A stretch of 64,000 bases of DNA from assembly GCA_029960955.1 (NCBI GenBank), contig JASBVS010000005.1:53200-117199 (forward strand). The letters run 5' to 3'. Below, in pieces: positions 43,308 to 54,698 of the stretch. Position 1 is the stretch's first letter, and every line of letters starts with the position of its first letter. Source of the stretch: Bacillota bacterium. Its GTDB lineage: Bacteria > Bacillota > Sulfobacillia > JAIMAT01. The notes below the pieces were generated by a model, which searched no databases, had not been told where the DNA came from, and saw only the letters and a program-made list of their open reading frames with translations. A program made the translations under genes and the position numbers.

Positions 43308-43666
43308 GCGCGGATCATGTAGTAGAGGTCGTCGGGCGTGCGGGCGCCGAACCAGGTATGGACCGGTTCGCCCCGGATCAGGAGCTTCAGCGTGGGCGCC
43401 GACGAGACGGCGAAGCGCTCCACCAGCCGCCTCGACTCCTCCACCCAGAGCCGGTACACCGGAAAGGGCGGCAGCGCCGGCAGGACCGCCTCCAGCGCCC
43501 GCTCCAGGAGGCCGCACTGACCGCAGGTGGGCGTGACGAAGAGCAGCGCCATCACCTCCGGCGGCCGCCGGAGGAGCGCCTCCACCTCTTCCTGGGGAAC
43601 CTCCAGAATGCCGGTCGCCTTCTCGGCCTCCCTTCCGGCCGTCTTCGACAAGGAAGCCATCTCCAT
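43241..43666 (-). CDS. Thioredoxin-family protein
   Basis: LLFVTPTCGQCGLL (CxxC) and SAPTLKLLIRGEPV (cis-Pro region). ATG at 43666. Confidence 0.75.
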   Translation of the reverse strand: MEMASLSKTAGREAEKATGILEVPQEEVEALLRRPPEVMALLFVTPTCGQCGLLERALEAVLPALPPFPVYRLWVEESRRLVERFAVSSAPTLKLLIRGEPVHTWFGARTPDDLYYMIRAYLPESLLRAAWEGAAPADPPA

Positions 43667-43831
43667 CACCCCGTGGCGGCGTCTTCCCCCCGGTGAGCGA
43701 CGCCGCCTTCTCCCTCCCCGCGTCGAAGCAGGGTTGCGAAACCCCACCGGGTATCTCTAGCATAACGCCCCAGGCAAGGGGCCTGGAGGACCCGCTTCCT
43801 GCCGGGGAGAACGCGTCGAGGAGGCAGAGGC

Positions 43832-45205
43832 ATGACCCGCTACATCGTCGCAGGCGGAGTCGCCGCGGGCATGAGCGCGGCTTCACGCATCCGGCGGCTC
43901 GACCCGGAGGCCGAGATCCTCGCCTTCGAGCGGAGCGGCTACGTCTCCTACGGGGCCTGCGGCCTCCCCTACTTCGTCGGGGGCCTGGTCGAGAGGCCCG
44001 AGCAGCTGGTCCATTACACGCCCGACTACTTCCGCAGCGAGCGCCGCATCGAGGTGGCCGTCCGGACCGAGGTGGAGCGCATCGACCGCGAGCGTCACGA
44101 AGTGACCGTCCGGGAGCTGGCGAGCGGCGAGCGCCGGACGCTCCGCTACGACCGGCTGATCCTCGCCACCGGGGCGCGCCCCTCCGCCCCGCCCGTCGAT
44201 GGGCTGGAGCTGGAAGGGATATACGTCCTCCGCCTGGTGGAGGACGGGATCCGGCTCCGCCAGGCGCTGGAGGAGCGGAAGGGCCGCGCGGTCGTCCTGG
44301 GCGGCGGCTACGTCGGCCTCGAGGCGGCCGAGGCGATGCGCCGGCGGGGCTGGGAGGTGACGCTGGTGGAGGCGCTGCCCCAGCCCATGGCCTCGCTCGA
44401 CCCGGAGCTGGCCGAGGCGATCGTCCGCGAGCTGGAGCGGAACGGCGTGGAGGTGCGCCTGGGCGAGCCGGTCCAGGGGCTGGAGGGCGACCGGAGCGCG
44501 GGCGGCGGCAGGGGCCGCGTCCGCCGCGTCGTCACCCGCGCGGGCCGGATCGAGGCCGACCTGGTCCTGGTGGCCACAGGCATCCGGCCCAACAGCGAGC
44601 TGGCCGTCGCGGCCGGCATCGAGACCGGCGTGCGCGGTGCCATCCGCGTCGACGCGGAGATGCGCACCTCCGACCCCGACGTCTGGGCGGCGGGCGACTG
44701 CGCCGAGACGTACCACGTCGTCACCGGGCGGCCCGACTGGATCCCGCTGGGGACGACCGCCAACAAGCAGGGACGGATCGCCGGCGAGAACGCGGCCGGC
44801 GGCCACGCCCGCTTCCCCGGCGTGGCCGGCACGGCCGTCGTCAAGGTCTTCGACCTGGGCGTGGCGCGCACCGGCCTCTCGCTGGCCGAGGCGCGGGCGG
44901 CCGGCTTCGACGCGGAGGCGGTCGAGGTGCACCAGCGCTCCCGGGCCGGCTACTACCCGGGAGGCGGACGGATGATCGTCCGCCTGGTCGTGGAGCGCTC
45001 CAGCTGCCGCCTCCTGGGCGGGCAGCTGGCGGGACCGCCGGACGCGGTCAAGCGCATCGACACGCTGGCGGCGGCGCTCTACGCCCGCTTCACGGCCGAG
45101 GACCTCTACAGTCTCGACCTGGCCTACGCGCCGCCCTTCGCGCCGGTCTGGGATCCGCTGCTGATGGCGGCTCGCCAGGCGCTCCGCGGCCCCCGGGGCG
45201 ACTGA
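43832..45205 (+). CDS. FAD-dependent pyridine nucleotide-disulfide oxidoreductase (CoA-disulfide reductase/NADH oxidase type)
   Basis: IVAGGVAAGMSAA, single redox Cys in SYGACGLPYFVGG, and a second Rossmann fold VVLGGGYVGLEAAE. Confidence 0.9.
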   Translation: MTRYIVAGGVAAGMSAASRIRRLDPEAEILAFERSGYVSYGACGLPYFVGGLVERPEQLVHYTPDYFRSERRIEVAVRTEVERIDRERHEVTVRELASGERRTLRYDRLILATGARPSAPPVDGLELEGIYVLRLVEDGIRLRQALEERKGRAVVLGGGYVGLEAAEAMRRRGWEVTLVEALPQPMASLDPELAEAIVRELERNGVEVRLGEPVQGLEGDRSAGGGRGRVRRVVTRAGRIEADLVLVATGIRPNSELAVAAGIETGVRGAIRVDAEMRTSDPDVWAAGDCAETYHVVTGRPDWIPLGTTANKQGRIAGENAAGGHARFPGVAGTAVVKVFDLGVARTGLSLAEARAAGFDAEAVEVHQRSRAGYYPGGGRMIVRLVVERSSCRLLGGQLAGPPDAVKRIDTLAAALYARFTAEDLYSLDLAYAPPFAPVWDPLLMAARQALRGPRGD

Positions 45206-45228
45206 CGCCGCCTCGCGCCTCCCGTCCC

Positions 45229-45269
45229 GGGCCCCGGCCCCTCTCGCCCCGGGCGTGGGGCCGGGGCCC
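45229..45269 (+). terminator. Perfect 13-bp GC hairpin after the oxidoreductase gene
   Basis: GGGCCCCGGCCCC-15 nt-GGGGCCGGGGCCC, starting 24 nt after the stop. Confidence 0.55.
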
Positions 45270-45283
45270 GCCCTTCCTCCGCC

Positions 45284-45311
45284 CGCTCCTCGGGCGATCG
45301 CCCGAGGAGCG
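45284..45311. repeat. Perfect 28-nt palindrome
   Basis: CGCTCCTCGGGCGA|TCGCCCGAGGAGCG. The halves are exact reverse complements, centred on GATC. Confidence 0.8.
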
Positions 45312-45346
45312 GCAGGGATTGCACCCGATCCGGCGTATTCGAACCA

Positions 45347-45366
45347 CTGAATGAACGTTCATTCAG
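45347..45366. promoter_or_regulatory. Putative FadR (TetR-type) operator
   Basis: A perfect 20-bp palindrome CTGAATGAAC|GTTCATTCAG in an AT-rich patch ~90 nt upstream of the acyl-CoA ligase gene. The TGAATGA...TCATTCA half-sites resemble Bacillus FadR/YsiA boxes (recalled, not checked). Confidence 0.65.
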
Positions 45367-45456
45367 CGAAATCGAGGCCTGTGGCCAGCCGTGCGGACGG
45401 CACGGGAGGAGGCGAGCTCCCGGCCGCGACCGCCGTGCAGGGGAGGGATGGCTGCC

Positions 45457-47175
45457 ATGGACGAGCCTGCGCGCTCGGTCGAGGAGGCGGCCGCGGTCTA
45501 CGCTTCGGCCCCCTGGCTGGGTGCCTACCCGCCGGACGTGCCGCCGCATCTGGAGTACCCCGAGGGGAGCCTGGCCGACCTGCTGGAGCAGGCGGTCCAC
45601 CGGGCGCCCGAGCGCGAGGCGATCCGCTTCTTCGGCCGCGCCATCCGCTACCGCGAGCTGGGCGAGCGGGTCCGTCGCCTCTCGGCCGCGCTCTACGCGC
45701 GCGGTGTGCGGCGCGGCGAGCGGGTGGCGGTGATGCTGCCCAACGCGCCGCAGCTGGTCGTCGCCTACTTCGCCGTCCTCCGCCTGGGCGCGGTGGTGAC
45801 GCTGGTCAACCCGCTCTACACGGCCCGGGAGATCCGCCACCAGCTGGTCGACGCCGGCGCCCGCTGGCTGATCGCCCTCGACCTCGCCTGGCCCCGGCTG
45901 GAGGCGGCGCTGGAGGGGTCGCCGGTGGAGCGGGTGGTCCTCGCCGCGGTGGAGGACGAGCTCCGTTTCCCGCTCGGCTTCCTCGCGCGGTTGCGCAAGC
46001 CGAGGCTGGAGATCCGGCCGAGCGTGGCCGGCGTGCCGGTGGAACGCTTCCCCGGCCTGGAGCGCGAGAGGGCGCCCGAGCCGCCCGCGGCGGAGGTGGC
46101 GCCCGGCGACCTGGCGCTCCTCCAGTACACCGGCGGCACCACCGGCGAGCCCAAGGGCGCCATGCTCACCCACCGGAACCTGGTCGCCAACGCCCTCCAG
46201 TGCATCGCCTGGGTGGGCGGCCAGGGGCCGCAGCGCATCCTCGGGGTGCTGCCGCTCTTCCACGTCTACGGTCTCACCACCGTTCTCAACTACGGCGTCG
46301 CCAGCGCCTCGACGCTCATCCTCCTTCCCCGCTTCCGGGTGAAGGAGGTCCTGGACACCATCCAGAAGGAACGGCCCACACTCTTCCCGGGCGCGCCGAC
46401 CATGTACGTGGCCGTCAACACCTTCCCCGAGGTGGACCGCTACGACCTCTCCTCCATCCAGGCCTGCATCTCGGGATCGGCGCCGCTGCCGGTGGAGGTG
46501 CAGAAGGAGTTCGAGCACCGCACGGGCGCCACGGTGGTGGAGGGGTACGGGCTGACCGAGGCGTCGCCGGTCACCCACGCCAACCCCTTCCGCGGCGGGC
46601 CGGTCCGCGTCGGCACCATCGGCGTCCCCTGGCCGGACACGGAGGCGCGCGTGGTCGACGACGCGCGCCGGCCGGTGCCGCCGGGCGAGGTGGGCGAGCT
46701 GGCGGTGCGCGGGCCGCAGGTGATGAAGGGATACTGGAACCGGCCCGAGGCGACGGCGCAGGTGCTGGACGAGGAAGGCTGGCTCTACACCGGCGACCTG
46801 GCGGTGATGGAGGAGGACGGCTACTTCCGCATCGTCGACCGGAAGAAGGACGTGATCATCGCCTCCGGCTTCAACGTCTACCCGCGCGAGGTGGAGGACG
46901 TGCTGCACGAGCATCCCGCCGTCCAGGAGGCGGTGGTGGTGGGCGTGCCCGACCCGTACCGCGGCGAGACGGTCAAGGCCTTCGTCAAGCTCCGGCCGGG
47001 CGCCCGCGCCACGGAGGAGGAGATCGTCGCCTTCTGCCGGGAGCGGCTGACGCCCTACAAGGTGCCCAGGCACGTGGAGTTCCGCGACGAGCTGCCCAAG
47101 AGCACCGTGGGCAAGCTCCTGCGCCGCGTGCTGGCCGAGGAGGAGCGCCGGCGGAGCCGGGGGAACGGAGGGTGA
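45457..47175 (+). CDS. fadD: Long-chain-fatty-acid--CoA ligase
   Basis: YPPDVPPHLEYPEGSLADLLE, the AMP-binding motif YTGGTTGEPKG, GYGLTE, and YTGDL...GYFRIVDRKKD. The start is ATG 45457 or 45448. Confidence 0.94.
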   Translation: MDEPARSVEEAAAVYASAPWLGAYPPDVPPHLEYPEGSLADLLEQAVHRAPEREAIRFFGRAIRYRELGERVRRLSAALYARGVRRGERVAVMLPNAPQLVVAYFAVLRLGAVVTLVNPLYTAREIRHQLVDAGARWLIALDLAWPRLEAALEGSPVERVVLAAVEDELRFPLGFLARLRKPRLEIRPSVAGVPVERFPGLERERAPEPPAAEVAPGDLALLQYTGGTTGEPKGAMLTHRNLVANALQCIAWVGGQGPQRILGVLPLFHVYGLTTVLNYGVASASTLILLPRFRVKEVLDTIQKERPTLFPGAPTMYVAVNTFPEVDRYDLSSIQACISGSAPLPVEVQKEFEHRTGATVVEGYGLTEASPVTHANPFRGGPVRVGTIGVPWPDTEARVVDDARRPVPPGEVGELAVRGPQVMKGYWNRPEATAQVLDEEGWLYTGDLAVMEEDGYFRIVDRKKDVIIASGFNVYPREVEDVLHEHPAVQEAVVVGVPDPYRGETVKAFVKLRPGARATEEEIVAFCRERLTPYKVPRHVEFRDELPKSTVGKLLRRVLAEEERRRSRGNGG

Positions 47176-47773
47176 GCCGCCTGCAGCAGGCCGAGCGCTA
47201 CCGCGAGATCCTGCGCGCGGCGGCCCACGTCATCGCCGCCCGGGGCTACCACGGTGCGCGCGTCAGCGACATCGCGCGCGAGGCGGGCGTCGCCGACGGC
47301 ACCGTCTACCTCTACTTCCGCAACAAGCAGGAGATGCTCGTCACCGTCTTCCGCGAGGGGATCGGCGAGTACCTCCGCCACCTGGAGGAGCGGCTGGCAG
47401 GGGCGGCCGACGCCCGCGAGGAGCTCCGCCTCCTGGTGGAGACCCACCTGGGCTACCTCGGCGGCCACCGCGAGTTCGCCCAGGTGACCCAGATCGAGCT
47501 GCGCCAGTCCGACGGGGAGATCCGCCGCGCCATCGACGCCATCATGGACCCGTACTTCCGCCGCATCGACCGGATCGTCGAGCGCGGGCGGGAGGAAGGA
47601 CTCTTCCTGCCCGACGTCGACCGTCGCGTCGCCCGCCGCATGATCTTCGGCACGCTCGACCAGTGCGTCACCTCCTGGGTGATGTCGCGCCACCCCTACG
47701 CCCTGGCCGCCATCGCGCCCGAGGTGACGCGGCTCCTGCTGGGCGGGCTGGAACGGCGGTGGGCACCAGCGCC

Positions 47774-47777
<4 letters not shown>
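47172..47777 (+). CDS. fadR: TetR-family fatty-acid degradation regulator (FadR/YsiA-like)
   Basis: HTH is YHGARVSDIAREAGVADGTVYLYFRNKQEML. GTG overlaps the fadD stop (GTGA). Its position after the ligase gene is as in Bacillus lcfA-fadR. Confidence 0.88.
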
Positions 47778-50212
<2,435 letters not shown>

Positions 50213-50261
50213 GCGCCCGCCCGGTTCCGCGCCGGGCGGCGCGAGGAAGGAGGCACGAGCG

Positions 50262-51443
50262 ATGCGCGACGCGGTGATCGTGACCGCCGTCCGCACCCCG
50301 GTGGGCAAGGCGCCCAGGGGCAGCCTGCGCACCGTCCGCCCCGACGAGCTGGCGGCGCTGGTGGTGCGGGCGGCGCTGGAGAGGACGCCGGGCCTCGAGC
50401 CCGGCCAGGTGGACGACGTGATCATGGGCTGCGCCTTCCCCGAGGCGGACCAGGGCTTCAACATCGGCCGCATGGCCGCCCTGGCCGCCGGGCTGCCCAC
50501 GTCGGTCCCCGGCATGACCGTCAACCGCTACTGCTCCTCGGGGCTCCAGGCCATCGCCCTGGCGGCCAGCCAGGTGATGACCGGCATGGCCGAGGCGATC
50601 GTCGCCGGCGGCGTCGAGTCGATGAGCCGGGTGCCGATGATGGGCTACCGCGCCAGCCCCCACCCCGACTGGGCGGTCCGCCACCCCGAGTGGTACATGG
50701 CCATGGGTCACACCGCCGAGGAAGTGGCGCGGCGCTACGGCATCTCGCGCGAGGAGCAGGACGCCTTCGCGCTGCGGAGCCACCGGCGGGCGGCCGCCGC
50801 CATCGACCAGGGCCTCTTCCGCGAGGAGATCGTCCCCGTGGAGGTGACCGAGCGGGCGCTCGGCCCGGACGGGCGCGAGGTGACGACGACGCGCCTCTTC
50901 GAGGTGGACGAGGGCGTCCGGCGCGACACCTCGCCGGAGGCGCTGGCCCGGCTGAAGCCGGCCTTCCAGGTGGACGGCACCGTCACCGCCGGCAACTCCT
51001 CGCAGACCTCCGACGGGGCGGCGGCGGCGGTGGTCCTGTCCGACGCGCTGGCCGCCCGGCTCGGGCTGAAGCCGCTGGCCGTCTTCCGCGGCTACGCCGT
51101 GGCCGGCGTCGACCCCGAGGTGATGGGCGTCGGGCCGGTGGAGGCCGTCCCCAAGGCGCTGAAGGCGGCCGGCCTCGGCCTGGACCGGATCGACCTCGTC
51201 GAGCTGAACGAGGCCTTCGCCGCCCAGTCGCTGGCGGTCATCCGCCGGCTCGGCCTCGACCCCGAGCGGGTCAACGTGCAGGGCGGCGCCATCGCGCTCG
51301 GCCATCCGCTGGGCTGCACGGGCGCCAAGTTGACGGCCACCCTGCTGCACGCGATGCCGCGGCGCGGCGCGCGCTACGGCCTGGTCACCATGTGCATCGG
51401 CGGCGGCATGGGCGCCGCGGGCGTCTTCGAGCGGGTGGCCTGA
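50262..51443 (+). CDS. fadA: Acetyl-CoA C-acyltransferase (thiolase)
   Basis: [11 protein letters not shown] (active-site Cys), [33 protein letters not shown], and CIGGGMG. Confidence 0.96.
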   Translation: MRDAVIVTAVRTPVGKAPRGSLRTVRPDELAALVVRAALERTPGLEPGQVDDVIMGCAFPEADQGFNIGRMAALAAGLPTSVPGMTVNRYCSSGLQAIALAASQVMTGMAEAIVAGGVESMSRVPMMGYRASPHPDWAVRHPEWYMAMGHTAEEVARRYGISREEQDAFALRSHRRAAAAIDQGLFREEIVPVEVTERALGPDGREVTTTRLFEVDEGVRRDTSPEALARLKPAFQVDGTVTAGNSSQTSDGAAAAVVLSDALAARLGLKPLAVFRGYAVAGVDPEVMGVGPVEAVPKALKAAGLGLDRIDLVELNEAFAAQSLAVIRRLGLDPERVNVQGGAIALGHPLGCTGAKLTATLLHAMPRRGARYGLVTMCIGGGMGAAGVFERVA

Positions 51444-51465
51444 ACAACCGGGGAGGGAAGCCGAC

Positions 51466-53241
51466 TTGTCAGCGGAGACGGAGCAGGCAGGAAGCCGGGC
51501 GGCGCGGAGCGGGGGCGGCTGGCTGCTCGGGCCGGTGGAGCCGGCCGAGACGCTGGCGCCGGAGGAGCTGCGCCCGGAGCAGCGGGCGCTGGCCGAGGCC
51601 GCGGCCGAGTTCGTGGAGCGCGAGGTGCTCCCGCGCATGGAGGCGCTGGAGGCGCACGACCGGGCGCTGCTGGTCGAGCTGATGCGCCGGGCGGGCGAGC
51701 AGGGCCTCCTGGGGCTGGAGATCCCCGAGGCGTACGGCGGTCTCGGCCTCGACCGGACGAGCGCGACGCTGGTGGGCGAGGCGCTGGCGCCCAGCGGGGG
51801 CTTCGCCGTGACGCACGGGGCGCACGTGGGGATCGGGTCGCTTCCTCTCGTCTTCTTCGGGAACGAGGAGCAGAAGCGGCGCTATCTGCCCAGGCTGGCG
51901 ACGGGCGAGTGGATCGCCGCCTACGCGCTGACCGAGCCGGGCCACGGCTCCGACGCGCTCCACGCGCGGACGACGGCGCGGCTCTCCGGGGACGGGAGGA
52001 GCTACGTGCTCGACGGCGAGAAGCAGTGGATCACCAACGCCGGCATCGCCGACCTCTTCACGGTCTTCGCCCAGCTGGAGGGGGCGGGCTTCACCGCCTT
52101 CCTGGTGGAGAGGGGCTTCCCGGGCGTCTCCACGGGGCCGGAGTACGAGAAGATGGGCCTGCGCGGCTCCTCCACCCGCCCGCTCATCCTCCAGGGGGCG
52201 CGGGTTCCGGCGGAGAACCTCCTGGGCGAGCCGGGCAAGGGGCACCGGGTGGCGTTGGGCGTCCTGGACATCGGCCGGCTCAACCTGGGCGCCGGGGCGC
52301 TGGGCTCCTCGAAGCGGCTGGTGCAGATCGCCGCCCGCTACGCGCTGGAGCGCGAGCAGTTCGGCCGTCCCATCGCCCGCTTCGGCCTCGTCCGCGAGAA
52401 GCTGGCCGAGATGGAGGCGCGCACCTGGGCGCTGGAGGCGATGGTCTACCGGACCTCCGGGCTGATCGACGCCCAGCTCCGCCGCGACGAGGCGACGGAT
52501 CCCGCCCGCGCCACCGCCGAGTACGCGCTGGAGTGCGCCGCCGTCAAGGTCTACGGCTCCGAGGTGCTCGACTACGTCGTCGACGAGGCGGTGCAGATCC
52601 ACGGCGGCTACGGCTACATGCGCGAGTACGAGGTGGAGCGGGCCTACCGCGACGCGCGCATCAACCGGATCTTCGAGGGGACCAACGAGATCAACCGGCT
52701 GACCATCCCCGACACGCTCCTGCGCCGGGCGCTCCAGGGGCGGCTGCCGCTGCTCCAGGTGCTCCAGGGGCTCCAGAAGGAGCTCGCGAGCCTCCGCCGG
52801 CCGGCCTTCTTCGACCGGCCGCTGGAGGAGGAAGCCTGGCGCGTGGAGGCGCTGAAGAAGGTGGCGCTGATGGTGGCCGGCCTCGGGGTGGAGCGCTTCG
52901 GCCAGGCGCTGGAGGAGGAGCAGGAGCTCCTGGGCGCCTTCGCCGACATGGTGATCGAGACCTACGCCGCCGAGTCGGCGCTGCTGCGCGCCAGGAAGCG
53001 GCTCGCCGCCGCCGGTTCCGACCCGCTGGCGGAGGCGGTGGCCCGCCTGACCGTCGACCGCGCCGTCCGCCGCGTCCGCGAGCTGGCCGGCCGCTCGCTG
53101 GCCGCCCTCTACCGGGGTGACGAGCTGCGCCTCCGGCTGGCCGTGGTCGACCGCCTGACCGGCCGCGAGCCCGTCGACGAGATCGGGCTCCGCCGCCGGA
53201 TCGCCGAGCGCGTGCTGGAAGCGCGCGGGTACGTGGCCTAG
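51466..53241 (+). CDS. fadE: Acyl-CoA dehydrogenase, long form (FadE/YusJ-like)
   Basis: AYALTEPGHGSDA, KQWITNAG, QIHGGYGYMREYEVERAYRDARINRIFEGTNEI, and a ~200-aa C-terminal extension. TTG at 51466 follows GGGGAGGGAAG. Confidence 0.93.
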   Translation: MSAETEQAGSRAARSGGGWLLGPVEPAETLAPEELRPEQRALAEAAAEFVEREVLPRMEALEAHDRALLVELMRRAGEQGLLGLEIPEAYGGLGLDRTSATLVGEALAPSGGFAVTHGAHVGIGSLPLVFFGNEEQKRRYLPRLATGEWIAAYALTEPGHGSDALHARTTARLSGDGRSYVLDGEKQWITNAGIADLFTVFAQLEGAGFTAFLVERGFPGVSTGPEYEKMGLRGSSTRPLILQGARVPAENLLGEPGKGHRVALGVLDIGRLNLGAGALGSSKRLVQIAARYALEREQFGRPIARFGLVREKLAEMEARTWALEAMVYRTSGLIDAQLRRDEATDPARATAEYALECAAVKVYGSEVLDYVVDEAVQIHGGYGYMREYEVERAYRDARINRIFEGTNEINRLTIPDTLLRRALQGRLPLLQVLQGLQKELASLRRPAFFDRPLEEEAWRVEALKKVALMVAGLGVERFGQALEEEQELLGAFADMVIETYAAESALLRARKRLAAAGSDPLAEAVARLTVDRAVRRVRELAGRSLAALYRGDELRLRLAVVDRLTGREPVDEIGLRRRIAERVLEARGYVA

Positions 53242-53264
53242 GGCGCCGGCCGTCGCCGCGAGGG

Positions 53265-53302
53265 GGCGGGAGCCGCACCGGGCACCGGGTCCCGCTCCCG
53301 CC
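53265..53302. terminator. Hairpin between convergent fadE and the YHS-domain gene
   Basis: GGCGGGAGC (53265-53273) pairs with GCTCCCGCC (53294-53302). Confidence 0.4.
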
Positions 53303-53307
53303 TCGCC

Positions 53308-53508
53308 TCAGGCGCCGTGACCCTGGTGCGGGTCGGGCCGCGGCTCGCCGCCCGTATAGGCCGCGGGCTCGGTCTCGAAGGCCCGCCGGCAGGCGGGCGA
53401 GCAGAAATAGAACCGGCGCCCCTGGTGCTCGATCACCTCCGCCCCCATCTCCAGCGCCGTCTCTTCCTCGAACTCCATGCCGCAGACCGGATCGCGGACC
53501 GCCGCCAT
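53308..53508 (-). CDS. YHS/TRASH-domain metal-binding small protein
   Basis: DPVCGMEF...RFYFCSPACRRAFE. Confidence 0.8.
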   Translation of the reverse strand: MAAVRDPVCGMEFEEETALEMGAEVIEHQGRRFYFCSPACRRAFETEPAAYTGGEPRPDPHQGHGA

Positions 53509-53535
53509 CGCTCCGTCCCTCCCCCGCCGGCCGCC

Positions 53536-53976
53536 TCACTGGACGATGAGGACGGCCCGCTTCGCCCGGTGGACCACCTTGGAGGAGACGCTGCCGGCCA
53601 GCATCTCCTGGATCGGTCCGAGGCCGCGGCGCCCCATCACGATCAGGTCGTAGTCGCCTTCCTGCGCCGCCCGGCAGATCTCGTCGGCGGGATCGCCCAC
53701 CGCCGTCAGCGGCAGGTAGTCGATCCCCCGCTCCCTGAGCGGTCCCGCGCTGGCCTCGAGCAGCTCCTCGGCGTGCCGCTCCTGGAGCATGGCCGGGTCG
53801 AGGCCGTTGGCGCGCAGCTCGTCGACGACGAAGAGCGGCACCGGCTCGCTGACCGTGATCAGTGCCACCTCCACCCCGGGAAGCGCCGCCGCCAGCTCGG
53901 CCGCCGCCGCCACCGCCCGCTGGGCGCCCTCCGAGCCGTCCACCGCCACCAGGATCCTTCGGAACACGCTCGCCAC
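53536..53976 (-). CDS. Universal stress protein (UspA family)
   Basis: RILVAVDGSEGAQRA..., DLIVMGRRGLG, and GSVSSKVVHRAKRAVLIV. Confidence 0.9.
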   Translation of the reverse strand: MASVFRRILVAVDGSEGAQRAVAAAAELAAALPGVEVALITVSEPVPLFVVDELRANGLDPAMLQERHAEELLEASAGPLRERGIDYLPLTAVGDPADEICRAAQEGDYDLIVMGRRGLGPIQEMLAGSVSSKVVHRAKRAVLIVQ

Positions 53977-54141
53977 CTCCGCAACCGGCGCCTGCGCCGG
54001 CTCGCTTCCTGCCGGAAAAATTCGTCACGGGGCGGGAAAGCCCTGGAGGAGCCTCCGGAGGGGGCAGGCCCGGCTCCGGCCCGCCGCCCGCGCCGCCGCC
54101 CGTCCCGTCCCCTATACTCCAGAACAGGGGGGCGGACGGGC

Positions 54142-54690
54142 ATGAGGGAACGGACGGAACGCGCCGGCGCGGCGGCAGGGCGGCTGCGGCTGCGCGGGCT
54201 GGCGACGGCGTGGGGAGGCTTCCGGCTGGGCTGGACCGCCCGGGGGATCGCCTGGCTCGGGTTGCCCGACGGCGCGGGGGGCGCGCTGCCGTCGCCCGCC
54301 TGGCTCGCCCGCTACTTCGAGCCCGGCGAGGGCGAGGCGGCCGACCCCGCCCTGGGCGAGCGGGCCGCCGACCAGCTCCAGGCCTATCTGGCGGGCCGGC
54401 TCCGGCGCTTCGACCTGCCGCTCGACCTTCGCGGCACGCCCTTCCAGCTGGCGGTCTGGCGCGAGCTCCTCCGCCTGCCCTACGGGCGGACGGTGGCCTA
54501 CGGCGAGCTGGCCTCCCGCCTGGGGCGGCCGCGGGCGGCGCGGGCGGTGGGCGGCGCCATGGCGGCCAACCCGGTGCCGCTGATCGTCCCCTGCCACCGG
54601 GTGGTGGCGGGGAAGGGGCTGGGCGGATACGGGGGCGGCCTCGAGATGAAGCGGCGGCTCCTCCGGCTCGAGCGCGGCGAGGCCGCGTGA
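54142..54690 (+). CDS. ogt: Methylated-DNA--protein-cysteine methyltransferase
   Basis: TPFQLAVWRELLRLPYGRTVAYGELA..., NPVPLIVPCHRVV (PCHR active site), and GGLEMKRRLL. Confidence 0.93.
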   Translation: MRERTERAGAAAGRLRLRGLATAWGGFRLGWTARGIAWLGLPDGAGGALPSPAWLARYFEPGEGEAADPALGERAADQLQAYLAGRLRRFDLPLDLRGTPFQLAVWRELLRLPYGRTVAYGELASRLGRPRAARAVGGAMAANPVPLIVPCHRVVAGKGLGGYGGGLEMKRRLLRLERGEAA

Positions 54691-54698
54691 GCCGCGCG

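Noticed and set aside
45331-45346. tRNA T-arm-like string GTATTCGAACCAC near the fad promoter region.
   Set aside because: No acceptor stem, anticodon arm or D-arm can be built around it. It sits between two hairpins and the FadR-type palindrome. It is more likely part of the promoter.
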